NCBI GenBank assembly: GCA_041577295.1
Contig: JBFGJG010000007.1
Span: 54,923 to 118,922, forward strand
Source of the DNA: Gemmatimonadales bacterium
GTDB lineage: Bacteria > Gemmatimonadota > Gemmatimonadetes > Gemmatimonadales > GWC2-71-9
Reading direction: 5' to 3'
DNA: 64,000 nt
Of this stretch, positions 51,466 to 59,907 are shown one piece after another. The position numbers and the translations under genes are program-made. The stretch's first letter is position 1. Each line of letters opens with the position of its first letter. The notes beneath the pieces are model-generated. The model did not search any database, was not told where the DNA came from, and saw only the letters and a program-made list of their open reading frames with translations.

Positions 51466-52457
51466 AATGGTAGCTCTACCGTCTGTGCAGGTGCCCCCGC
51501 CGCAATCAGCGCATCACCGATAGCGACCTCGCGACGCACGAGTCCGAGACCGACGAACGCTTTTCGTTGCGGGAGCCATGCGATGCTGGTCACGCGTCCG
51601 ACGCTTTTCCCCTGTCGCGCGATGTCGCGCGATGTCGGGTCCGGCTCACCCGACCAGCTGAGACCAGCGAGGTACCGGTTGGTATGACCGCGAAAGTGGA
51701 CGCGCGCGACCGTTTCTTGTCCTGTGTAGCAGCCTTTGGAGTACGAAACACCTTCGTTTTCCTCGAAGCGTACCTCCTGCGGGATGGTCTTCTCATCGAT
51801 CTCAGCGCCGAGCCGTGGCCATCCCATGACGACCCGCGCGAGATCCCAGCCGGCCGGTGGCACACGTTCGATCCCTAGTGTCGCAAGCGCGTTATCGAGC
51901 CGCTCGGCGTCGCGTGCCGCCGTGGTGACGAGTGCGGCGAAAGGCGCGTCACGAACTGGACGAAACACGGTGCCCTGTGCGTCGCCAATCGTCGCCGGGA
52001 GGCACTGCCCACTTTTGGGCAAGGATACGCCACCAAGAGTCAATCGATCGTAGGTGAGTGGTCCCAGTAGTGCGAGAGCGCGGACATTCTCGGTGCTGTT
52101 GGTCACCCGCGCTAGCCGAGGTGGCAGGAACCGCTTGAACACCTCCGTGAGCGGCTCGAGGCCGCCTCTCATTGGAAACAGTTGCATGGTGCCATCCTGA
52201 CGACCGGCCCACATATCGGCGATGATCATGCCCTTGTTCGTCAGAACTGCTCCATAGACGAAGCCGGCAGCACCCGCTGCCTCGACGTCGTTGGTGAGCA
52301 ACCCCTGTATGCACTGCACGACACCCGGCCCTTTCACGTCGAGAACTGCCATGTCCGGAACCGTTGATGCCGCACCCTCGAGAACCGCGTTCGTCTGCGC
52401 GGGGCTCAAGTCATCGGCACCAACGATGCACACCTTGGGTTCCTGTGTCTTCACCAT
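51462..52457 (-). CDS. ygfZ: YgfZ/GcvT-like folate-binding protein
   Basis: KGCYTGQETVAR signature. Confidence 0.9.
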   Translation of the reverse strand: MVKTQEPKVCIVGADDLSPAQTNAVLEGAASTVPDMAVLDVKGPGVVQCIQGLLTNDVEAAGAAGFVYGAVLTNKGMIIADMWAGRQDGTMQLFPMRGGLEPLTEVFKRFLPPRLARVTNSTENVRALALLGPLTYDRLTLGGVSLPKSGQCLPATIGDAQGTVFRPVRDAPFAALVTTAARDAERLDNALATLGIERVPPAGWDLARVVMGWPRLGAEIDEKTIPQEVRFEENEGVSYSKGCYTGQETVARVHFRGHTNRYLAGLSWSGEPDPTSRDIARQGKSVGRVTSIAWLPQRKAFVGLGLVRREVAIGDALIAAGAPAQTVELPL

Positions 52458-52509
52458 TCTCCTCTGCCTCTCGTGCGGCAGGCATCTTGCCCGATCCCAC
52501 CGATACCGG

Positions 52510-53757
52510 CTATCCCGCCTGATAATACCCAGCGCGCTCGTACGAACGATCCAGCAGCTCCACTGGGTGCATCACAGGGATGTTCTTCCCGGCCGCGAGG
52601 AGGCCGGCGCCAATTTGCATGGCGCAGCCGGGGTTGCCGCTGATCACCACATCCGGTGTTGCGTTGCCCAACGCCGAAATTTTTCGATCTAGAATGGCGC
52701 GTGAAAGGTGGGACTGGGTGAGCGAGTAGCTTCCCGCACTCCCGCAACAGAGATCCGATTCGGCGTGATGGACTCGCCGGAGTTCGGGGATCGCTGCGAG
52801 CACCGCTTGTGGGGCGTCGACTACCCGTTGGGCATGCTGCAAATGACACGGCGGATCATATGCCACCCGGAGTGGCAACCGTGCGCCCGCTCGAGGTCCG
52901 CGGCTGGCGAGAACCTCTGTGACGTCATGAGTGCGCTCTGCGAGGGCCTGCGCAGCGGGATCGCCCGCGAGAGTACGCCCGTAGTTCTTGATCATCGCGC
53001 CGCACCCGGCACTGTTCACCGCAACGACCGCGTTCGGTACCTCGGCGAATGCGGCCACGTTTAGGCGTGCCAGCTGCACAGCGGCGTCGTGTTGTCCGGC
53101 ATGCGCATGCAGCGCACCACAACACGCTTGGTCCGGAACCTCGACGACGTCAAAGCCGTTCGCTCGTAGCACACGTGCGGTTGCGGCATGCACGTGCGCA
53201 AAGAGTCCTTCCATGATGCAGCCGGTGAAGACGACGGCCGTATTGGCGAGATCGGAGGGATTGGCGGGCGATTGATTTTGAAGCCTTTCACGCCGATCCC
53301 GCCCGTTCCCCAAAGGTCTCGTGGCCGCCAGCATGCCCATCGCAAAGCCGAGTGTGGAGGAGCCCGCCAGTCGCGTGGCCACTGGGCGAACCAGGCGGGC
53401 GAGGGCGAGCGCGGGTCGGCGGAGCGCACGTTCTCCCATAATGGCATGCACGATGCGCGCGGGAAGCGGGACGGGCCGGACAGTGCTCAACCGCTGACGT
53501 GCGGCTTCGAGCGCATCGCCGTATGCCACGCCGGAAGGACAGGCCGGCTCGCACGCACGGCAGCCGAGACAGCGGTCCAGGTGCGTGATGAGCTGTCGGT
53601 CCGTCGGTTCGAGCTCACCACGGACCATCTGTTGCATCAAGACGATCCTGCCTCGCGGACTGTCCGCCTCGTCGCCGGTGACCACGAACGTCGGGCAACT
53701 TTGCAGACAGAACCCGCAGTGAACGCACGGGTCGAGCCCGGCGAAGTCAAGCGTCAA
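52510..53757 (-). CDS. glcF: Glycolate oxidase Fe-S subunit
   Basis: CVHCGFCLQSCP and CLGCRACEPACP; two CCG domains. Confidence 0.92.
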   Translation of the reverse strand: MTLDFAGLDPCVHCGFCLQSCPTFVVTGDEADSPRGRIVLMQQMVRGELEPTDRQLITHLDRCLGCRACEPACPSGVAYGDALEAARQRLSTVRPVPLPARIVHAIMGERALRRPALALARLVRPVATRLAGSSTLGFAMGMLAATRPLGNGRDRRERLQNQSPANPSDLANTAVVFTGCIMEGLFAHVHAATARVLRANGFDVVEVPDQACCGALHAHAGQHDAAVQLARLNVAAFAEVPNAVVAVNSAGCGAMIKNYGRTLAGDPAAQALAERTHDVTEVLASRGPRAGARLPLRVAYDPPCHLQHAQRVVDAPQAVLAAIPELRRVHHAESDLCCGSAGSYSLTQSHLSRAILDRKISALGNATPDVVISGNPGCAMQIGAGLLAAGKNIPVMHPVELLDRSYERAGYYQAG

Positions 53758-54974
53758 GACGTGCTCCCGAGGGGAACCAGTAAGATGCTGGACGGGTCGA
53801 AGATCGCGCGCAGCCTGTCATTCAATCGTGCGACGCCCTCGCGGTACGCTCCGAAGTGACCCACCGCATCGAGGATGGGCCAGGGAGCCCGCTCCACTGT
53901 CATAGGCATTTCTCGTTGTGCGGCGGCGTGCCTGAGCAGGCGAAGTCGGTCGGGAGTCGCTGAACCGCTCCAGCGAACGACTCCGGCACTGACCGTGACC
54001 GAAACCCAATCATCGGCAAGGTGATGCGCCTTCGAAAGGTGATGTGCCAACAAGTCCAACGCGTCATCGAGACCGGAAGGCACAGCACCGAGCCGGAGTG
54101 TGATGGGTTCCTCAACGAGGCCGGTTGGCGTTACCTGCCAGAGTTGTCCGGCTTCTCGAGCATCCAGGCCCTCGAACGGTCGCGAAATTGCTCCCCGCAA
54201 CGCGTCGCGTATGGCACCCACCTCGCCAGGTGTCCCGGCGAGTCGCGCTGCCAACGTCCACTCATTACCTGCGACGGCACGTGGCGAGAAGAGCTCGAGC
54301 GCGGAAGGTGTCTGTCCGGTGTCGAGGATCGCGCGGGCATCCTGGACCAAGGCATCCCGCGGGCCGTTCGTAACCAGTGTTACGTCCTCCCGCGGCACCG
54401 CCCGAAGCCGGAGATGCACCGAGGTCACGACACCAAACGCGCCAAAGCTCCCCGCCACGAGCTTGTTGAGATCGAATCCCGCGACGCTCTTCACGACGCG
54501 GCCGCCGCTACGCACGGTCCGGCCGTCACCCGTTATTACGGTGGTGCCGAGGAGATGATCGCGAATGTTGCCAAACGCCGTGCGAAGAGGCCCAGCCGTC
54601 CCGGTCGCAATGACGGAACCCAGGGTGCGGCTGTCGCCCGGAGGATCCGCAGCGATCCATGTTCCCTGGTCTGCAAGGAGGCCTCGCAACTCTTCCCAGC
54701 GGATTCCTGTTTGGGCGGTTGCAACGAGGTCCGTAGGACTCAGATACGTGACACTGGACAAGCGCTTTGTTGAAAGCACGAGATCCGCCGGCGAGTCGGG
54801 AGGTAGCCACGAACCCGAGCCCTCGATTCGAACCTTCCAGCCGGCAGCGGAGGCAGCCCGGAGTACGATGCCCACCGCGTCTTCGCTCCCAGGGAAAACG
54901 TGCGGCTGTCCCGATCCATCGACGTCGACAACTCCTTCGGTGCCGAGGAGTGAACGGAGACGGCGGAGGATCAT
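53754..54974 (-). CDS. glcE: Glycolate oxidase FAD-binding subunit
   Basis: GGRVVKSVAGFDL.KL..GSFG.FG; C-terminal 'LRAIFDP'. Confidence 0.85.
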   Translation of the reverse strand: MILRRLRSLLGTEGVVDVDGSGQPHVFPGSEDAVGIVLRAASAAGWKVRIEGSGSWLPPDSPADLVLSTKRLSSVTYLSPTDLVATAQTGIRWEELRGLLADQGTWIAADPPGDSRTLGSVIATGTAGPLRTAFGNIRDHLLGTTVITGDGRTVRSGGRVVKSVAGFDLNKLVAGSFGAFGVVTSVHLRLRAVPREDVTLVTNGPRDALVQDARAILDTGQTPSALELFSPRAVAGNEWTLAARLAGTPGEVGAIRDALRGAISRPFEGLDAREAGQLWQVTPTGLVEEPITLRLGAVPSGLDDALDLLAHHLSKAHHLADDWVSVTVSAGVVRWSGSATPDRLRLLRHAAAQREMPMTVERAPWPILDAVGHFGAYREGVARLNDRLRAIFDPSSILLVPLGSTS

Positions 54975-55360
54975 CAGTTCTGAACCAGCCACGACTCGAG
55001 TTGCTCCTTGGTTTCGCCCAAGAATGTTTGCGCCTCGTGAACGTACGGCTTGGCTGCGTCCACCTGCCATGGGCTCGTGAGCGCGTGCTTCAAATCCAAG
55101 CTCGCCAGTGCCGAGAAGAGGTAGGGGAACGCCTGCTTGACTCGTCGTTGCAACTGATCCGGCGGCAACGGCTGGATCCACGGTGGTGACGTGAGCCAGG
55201 TGCGCACCGTTGCTGCGGCCACTACCGCCGGATAGGCCTCCTGTACCGCTCGGCTCCCGTCTCCACTGGCGATGTGACCCTCCGCCAGGGCGATGCGCTC
55301 TTCAGCGGTGCGCAGCTGGTCCTCGAGCGTGGTACGCCACCGGGTTGGGACCTTCTTCAT
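54974..55360 (-). CDS. Hypothetical 128-aa HEPN-like helical protein
   Basis: Overlaps both neighbours (ATGA with glcD, TGATG with glcE); HEPN-like N- and C-terminal helices. Confidence 0.65.
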   Translation of the reverse strand: MKKVPTRWRTTLEDQLRTAEERIALAEGHIASGDGSRAVQEAYPAVVAAATVRTWLTSPPWIQPLPPDQLQRRVKQAFPYLFSALASLDLKHALTSPWQVDAAKPYVHEAQTFLGETKEQLESWLVQN

Positions 55361-56811
55361 GCAACGGACTCCGCACGCCGGCCATCCCGGGCACTGCGGG
55401 TTGTCCACCACTCACGGCACGCGTGCATCGGGATCACCTTGCCGGGGTTACACCGTTCGTCAGGATCGAACGCGCGACGTACCCCGCGCATGACATTGAG
55501 CGTCTCCGGCTCGAACGCGCTCGACATGTAGCGGAGCTTGTCGATCCCGATACCATGCTCACCCGTGATAGATCCACCCACATCGAGACAGGCATGCATG
55601 ATCTCAGCGCAGGCCAACTCGACCCGCTCACGGGCGTCGGGCTGCGACCGGTCGTAATTGATGTTCGGGTGCAGGTTGCCGTCTCCCGCATGAAACACAT
55701 TGCTGATGGGGAGACGGTACTTTCGCCCGATAGCATCGATTCGCTCCAGGACATCCGGAAGCGACGACCGTGGTACGACGGCGTCTTGCACCACCAGGTC
55801 CGGGCTGATCCGGCCGAGCGCGCCGAACGCCTTTTTCCTCCCCTGCCACAGCCGGGCACGCTCTTTGGCGTCCCGGGCGACCTGCACCGAGCGAGCCCCC
55901 GTGCTCTCGAGCAAGCCTGTGACCTGACCGGTCTCTTGCTCGACCGCCTCGTCCGTGGGTCCGTCCAACTCGACGAGCAGCACGGCGGCCGCGTCGGTCG
56001 GATATCCGGCTGCGTAGACCGAGGCCTCCACCACGGCGACGCAGTTACGGTCGAGCATCTCCAGGGCGGCGGGCACGATGCCGGACGCGATGATGGCGGA
56101 GACCGCTTCCCCGGCCGTTCGGAGCGATTGGAAGTCAGCGAGGAGTGTGCGCACGGCCGGCGGCGTTGGAAGCAAGCGTACGGTGATTCGTGTCGCAATG
56201 CCGAACATGCCTTCGCTGCCCACGAACACCCCGACCAGGTCGGGTCCCCACGGCTCACCACCGGGCGACCCCAGTGTCACAACCGTCGCGTCTGGGAGGA
56301 CGACTTGCAGTTCCAGTACGTGGTTCGATGTGACGCCATACTTGAGACAGTGCGGGCCACCGGCATTCTCCGCGACGTTTCCGCCGATCGTGCATGCGGT
56401 CTGGCTCGATGGATCTGGCGCGTAATGCAGCCCGTACGGGGCAGCGGCAGCGGTGAGGCGAGCGTTGACGACACCAGGTTCGACAACGGCGCGCCGGTTC
56501 TCGACGTCAATCGTGATGATGCGGTTCAGACGCGTGAGCACGATGAGGACTGCGTCATCTGCTGCAAGCGCTCCCCCCGATAGGCCGGTACCGGCCCCGC
56601 GTGCGACGAACGGAATCGCATGATGCTGGAGGATACGCACCACCCGCACGACCTCTTCATGAGATCCCGGGAGCACAACCACTCCGGGTCGGGCGTGGCG
56701 GGTTGGCAAGCCGTCGCTAGCGTACGTCTCCAACTCGGCGGTGGCAACGCGTACCCAGCCGTCCCCCAAAGCGCTTCGTAGCGCACGGATTACTTGCCCC
56801 GGAATCGTCAT
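55357..56811 (-). CDS. glcD: Glycolate oxidase FAD-linked subunit
   Basis: RGAGTGLSGG, PDPSSQ.ACTIGGN, GGPHCLKYG, HAGDGNLH and GEHGIG. Confidence 0.93.
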   Translation of the reverse strand: MTIPGQVIRALRSALGDGWVRVATAELETYASDGLPTRHARPGVVVLPGSHEEVVRVVRILQHHAIPFVARGAGTGLSGGALAADDAVLIVLTRLNRIITIDVENRRAVVEPGVVNARLTAAAAPYGLHYAPDPSSQTACTIGGNVAENAGGPHCLKYGVTSNHVLELQVVLPDATVVTLGSPGGEPWGPDLVGVFVGSEGMFGIATRITVRLLPTPPAVRTLLADFQSLRTAGEAVSAIIASGIVPAALEMLDRNCVAVVEASVYAAGYPTDAAAVLLVELDGPTDEAVEQETGQVTGLLESTGARSVQVARDAKERARLWQGRKKAFGALGRISPDLVVQDAVVPRSSLPDVLERIDAIGRKYRLPISNVFHAGDGNLHPNINYDRSQPDARERVELACAEIMHACLDVGGSITGEHGIGIDKLRYMSSAFEPETLNVMRGVRRAFDPDERCNPGKVIPMHACREWWTTRSARDGRRAESVA

Positions 56812-57461
56812 CCGCTTTTTCCGTTACCCTTGGCGCGAGTATGGGCAGTGAGGCGTCCCGCAATCTCCACGTGCAAGCGGAGGAGGATCTCTCGGAGCTG
56901 CTGGAGGCGTTCCGCTGTGGAGCGGCTTTCCAGCAAGGCTTGTTTGGTCTCGAGCTCGATGTCGAGGGCGGCTGCCACGTGGAAGGAGATCTGCTTTGGG
57001 TCGTCCGGCAGGTCGAGCGGGGGCACGAGCGTGTCTTTCAGTGATGCGACGGCTTCTGTGAACTGCGCAAACTCGCGCCGCACGTCCGCGGCGAGCGCGT
57101 CGACATCATTATCTTCGCCTGGCGTGTCGTCGAAGTACTCAACCGCGCCCACGCGATACAAACGATCCGTGTCCAGATAAGCGCGCAGGACATAACGGTC
57201 GATCCCGACGGTCATGATGTTCGCACGTCCATCGGGTAGCTGACGGATGATGTGTATTTTCGCTGCGCACCCAACGTCACCTGGTTTTGGGGCCGGGTCG
57301 GCAGTCGAAGTGTTTGCGATGTAGGAAATCCCAAACAGCCGGTCGCCCGCCTCGCAATCGGCCAACATTTGCCGGTAACGCGGTTCGAAGATGTGCAACG
57401 CTTGTGGCGTCCCGGGAAAGAGGACGAGTGGGAGTGGGAAGATCGGTAGGCGGGCCGACAT
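56808..57461 (-). CDS. Lon peptidase substrate-binding (N) domain protein
   Basis: LPIFPLPLVLFPG..LHIFEPRYRQM and 'KQALLE'. Confidence 0.9.
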   Translation of the reverse strand: MSARLPIFPLPLVLFPGTPQALHIFEPRYRQMLADCEAGDRLFGISYIANTSTADPAPKPGDVGCAAKIHIIRQLPDGRANIMTVGIDRYVLRAYLDTDRLYRVGAVEYFDDTPGEDNDVDALAADVRREFAQFTEAVASLKDTLVPPLDLPDDPKQISFHVAAALDIELETKQALLESRSTAERLQQLREILLRLHVEIAGRLTAHTRAKGNGKSG

Positions 57462-57552
57462 GCTATGAAGATAAGAGGGAGGGGGGAAGAGGGAGGAGGT
57501 GGGAGGCGGGTGGCCCGCACGCAAATTTGCCGCTCCTACCCGAAACAGAGCC

Positions 57553-57580
57553 GCCCGGGAAGCACTCTGGCTTCCCGGGC
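57553..57580 (-). terminator. Hairpin downstream of the sigma factor gene
   Basis: GCCCGGGAAGC-actctg-GCTTCCCGGGC perfect 11-bp stem; weak U-tract. Confidence 0.6.
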
Positions 57581-57616
57581 AGTGGTTGTGTTGGCTCTCG
57601 ATCGCGGGAGGTTCCG

Positions 57617-58513
57617 CTACGCCGCCATCCAGAACCCCTTGAGTGCTTCCCCATCGGGGGAATCTCGGAGCTTTTCGAACGCTCGTTCGCGAATCTGCCG
57701 GATTCGCTCGCGGGTGACGCCCATGAGCGCCCCGATCTTCTCGAGCGTCATGCCCTCGGAGCCCTCTTCGAGTCCGTAATAGAGCGAGAGGATCTTGCGC
57801 TCCCGCGGGGTGAGGTACTTCTCGAAAACACGCTCGAGGAACTCGCGCCGAAGCTTGCCGTCGGTGGATTCCTCGATGTCGGTTCCCTCCTGACCAGCAA
57901 AACGTTCGCCCATTGTCGCGGCGTCCTTGTCCGAACGATCGATGGGCGCGTCGAGTGAGACTTCGGCCGCGGTCATGCGGCGGGCGCTGCGGACGTTTTC
58001 GACTTTGTCGTCCAGCGCCTTTGCTATCTCACCATCGGTTGGTTCGCGACCGAGCTCTTGAGACAAGTACGTCTCGGTCCGGGACATGCGTATGAGCTGG
58101 CTGTTTTGATTGAGGGGGATTCTGACACTGCGCGTCTGCTCAGCGAGAGCTTTCAGGACCGCCTGGCGGACCCACCACACGGCGTACGAGATGAACTTGA
58201 CCCCTTGGTCTGGATCGAACTTCTTCACCGCCTTCAGGAGACCCTCGTTGCCGATGGCGACGAGCTCCGACAGATCGAGACCGTGCCCCTGGTACTTCTT
58301 CACGTACGAGATCACGAACCGGAGATTGGCTGTCACGAGCCGCTCGGCAGCCGCCTTGTCCCCGCGACGCGCACGGCGTGCCAGCCGGCGCTCCTCCTCC
58401 GGATGCTCGATTAGTGGAAGCTTCTGGATGTCCTGCAGGTACTGGTCAAACGCCGACGATGCTGTACTGCGAAAGAAACTCGTCCCCTTCTTCCTAGTAC
58501 GAAGCTGGGCCAT
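57617..58513 (-). CDS. RNA polymerase sigma-70 factor, RpoD/SigA family lacking region 1.1
   Basis: YLQDI, LVTANLRFVIS, KFISYAVWWVRQA and TLEKIG..MGVTRERIRQI. Confidence 0.93.
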   Translation of the reverse strand: MAQLRTRKKGTSFFRSTASSAFDQYLQDIQKLPLIEHPEEERRLARRARRGDKAAAERLVTANLRFVISYVKKYQGHGLDLSELVAIGNEGLLKAVKKFDPDQGVKFISYAVWWVRQAVLKALAEQTRSVRIPLNQNSQLIRMSRTETYLSQELGREPTDGEIAKALDDKVENVRSARRMTAAEVSLDAPIDRSDKDAATMGERFAGQEGTDIEESTDGKLRREFLERVFEKYLTPRERKILSLYYGLEEGSEGMTLEKIGALMGVTRERIRQIRERAFEKLRDSPDGEALKGFWMAA

Positions 58514-58596
58514 GTGAACGCCTCTGGTTTGCGTCGGACTGTGGAGGGTAGGGCTGCCCAACGGAACACAGTCAAAATGACTGATAAGGCGGCGCG

Positions 58597-58625
58597 AATA
58601 TAGGACATGCGAGGAGGAGCGTCAA
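58597..58625 (-). promoter_or_regulatory. Sigma-70 promoter of the sigma factor gene
   Basis: Minus strand TTGACG, 17-nt spacer, TATATT. Confidence 0.7.
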
Positions 58626-58798
58626 GCAAAATCACTTTTCCACATCACAAATGGTTTTCCAACTTAATCTTCGAGCGTTTGTCCACGGGACGTCAGAAAA
58701 GTACGGGAAATGTGCGTTGTGGTGTTGATTGCTAATACATTGTTATACAAAGACTTAACGCGTGTTGAACTGTGCGAAATCTGTGGAAAACGTGTGGG

Positions 58799-59896
58799 TT
58801 ACTGTGTGGGTACTTGGAGCTGGGCGAAGAGGTCCCGAATATCATGAGTTGACACCGGAACGGTCCACTCACCCTCCGGTCCATGCGCCATTGTTCCGAC
58901 GGTGGCGGGGAGTGCAAACCTGACAGTACCACCGCGCACTTTCTTGTCTCGGGTCATGATTTCGACGAGCTTTTCGGCGGTTGCTTCCACATCGAGCTCG
59001 CTCGGTAAGCCGAAGGACTCGATTGCTTCGCGCACTCGATCGCGCGTGCTCGCCTCCGTACATCCCAACCGCACGCCGAGCTCGGCTTCGGCCACCATAC
59101 CCATGGCCACTGCCTCGCCGTGTAGGATACCATACCCGCTCACGGCCTCGACTGCGTGGCCAATGGTGTGGCCAAAGTTGAGGATCGCTCTGCGGCCGCG
59201 CTCGCGTTCGTCTTCTGCGACGACGGCGGCCTTGATCTCGACGCTGCGTCGCACGGCGAGCTGCAACGCCTCCGGCTCCGCATCGAGGATCTGCTCACTA
59301 CGCTCGAGCAACGATGTGAGGTAATCGGCGTCGGCGATGACGCCGTGTTTGAGGGCTTCGGCCATCCCGGCTGACCGGTGGACGGGTGGAAGGGTGGAGA
59401 TCGTTTCCGTATCCGCCACCACCACCCGGGGCTGATGGAAGGCACCAACGAGGTTCTTTCCGTGCGGGGTATCGACGCCAGTTTTCCCCCCTATCGAGCT
59501 GTCGATCATCGCGAGCAGCGTGGTAGGAACCTGGACGTAGGGAATTCCGCGCAGGTAACTCGCGGCAACGAAGCCGGCGAGATCTCCCACCACCCCTCCA
59601 CCGAGGGCAATGACGGCCCCATCCCGTCCGACGCCGGCAGCCAGCATGTGGTCGGTGAGCGTCGCCCACGTTTCGCGGGTCTTATTCCACTCTCCGGCAG
59701 GGAACGGAATAACCGTGCATCTGGATCCCTCGAGCAGCGTGGAGACGCGCTCGCCGTACAGCGGAGCCACCGCCGAGTCCGTGATTACGACGTAATGCTC
59801 TGCGGGACACCGCTCGGATAGCAGATCTGGAAGCGCCGGTAGAATGCCTCGGCCGAGCATGATGTCGTACGAGGCGTCGCCGAGGGCGACGTGCAC
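58799..59896 (-). CDS. aroB: 3-dehydroquinate synthase
   Basis: GGGVVGDLAGF, PTTLLAMIDSSIGGKTG, LNFGHTIGHA and HGEAV. GTG start just after the phzF stop. Confidence 0.95.
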   Translation of the reverse strand: MHVALGDASYDIMLGRGILPALPDLLSERCPAEHYVVITDSAVAPLYGERVSTLLEGSRCTVIPFPAGEWNKTRETWATLTDHMLAAGVGRDGAVIALGGGVVGDLAGFVAASYLRGIPYVQVPTTLLAMIDSSIGGKTGVDTPHGKNLVGAFHQPRVVVADTETISTLPPVHRSAGMAEALKHGVIADADYLTSLLERSEQILDAEPEALQLAVRRSVEIKAAVVAEDERERGRRAILNFGHTIGHAVEAVSGYGILHGEAVAMGMVAEAELGVRLGCTEASTRDRVREAIESFGLPSELDVEATAEKLVEIMTRDKKVRGGTVRFALPATVGTMAHGPEGEWTVPVSTHDIRDLFAQLQVPTQ

Positions 59897-59907
59897 GACC
59901 GCCGGTG

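Noticed and set aside
9062..57511. CRISPR array interpretation of the short repeats
   Set aside because: Units are 7-9 nt, degenerate and directly tandem, with no unique spacers and no cas genes.
58630..58801. Chromosomal origin (oriC)
   Set aside because: Only two near-consensus boxes, no dnaA/dnaN/gidA neighbours, and skew cannot be evaluated here.
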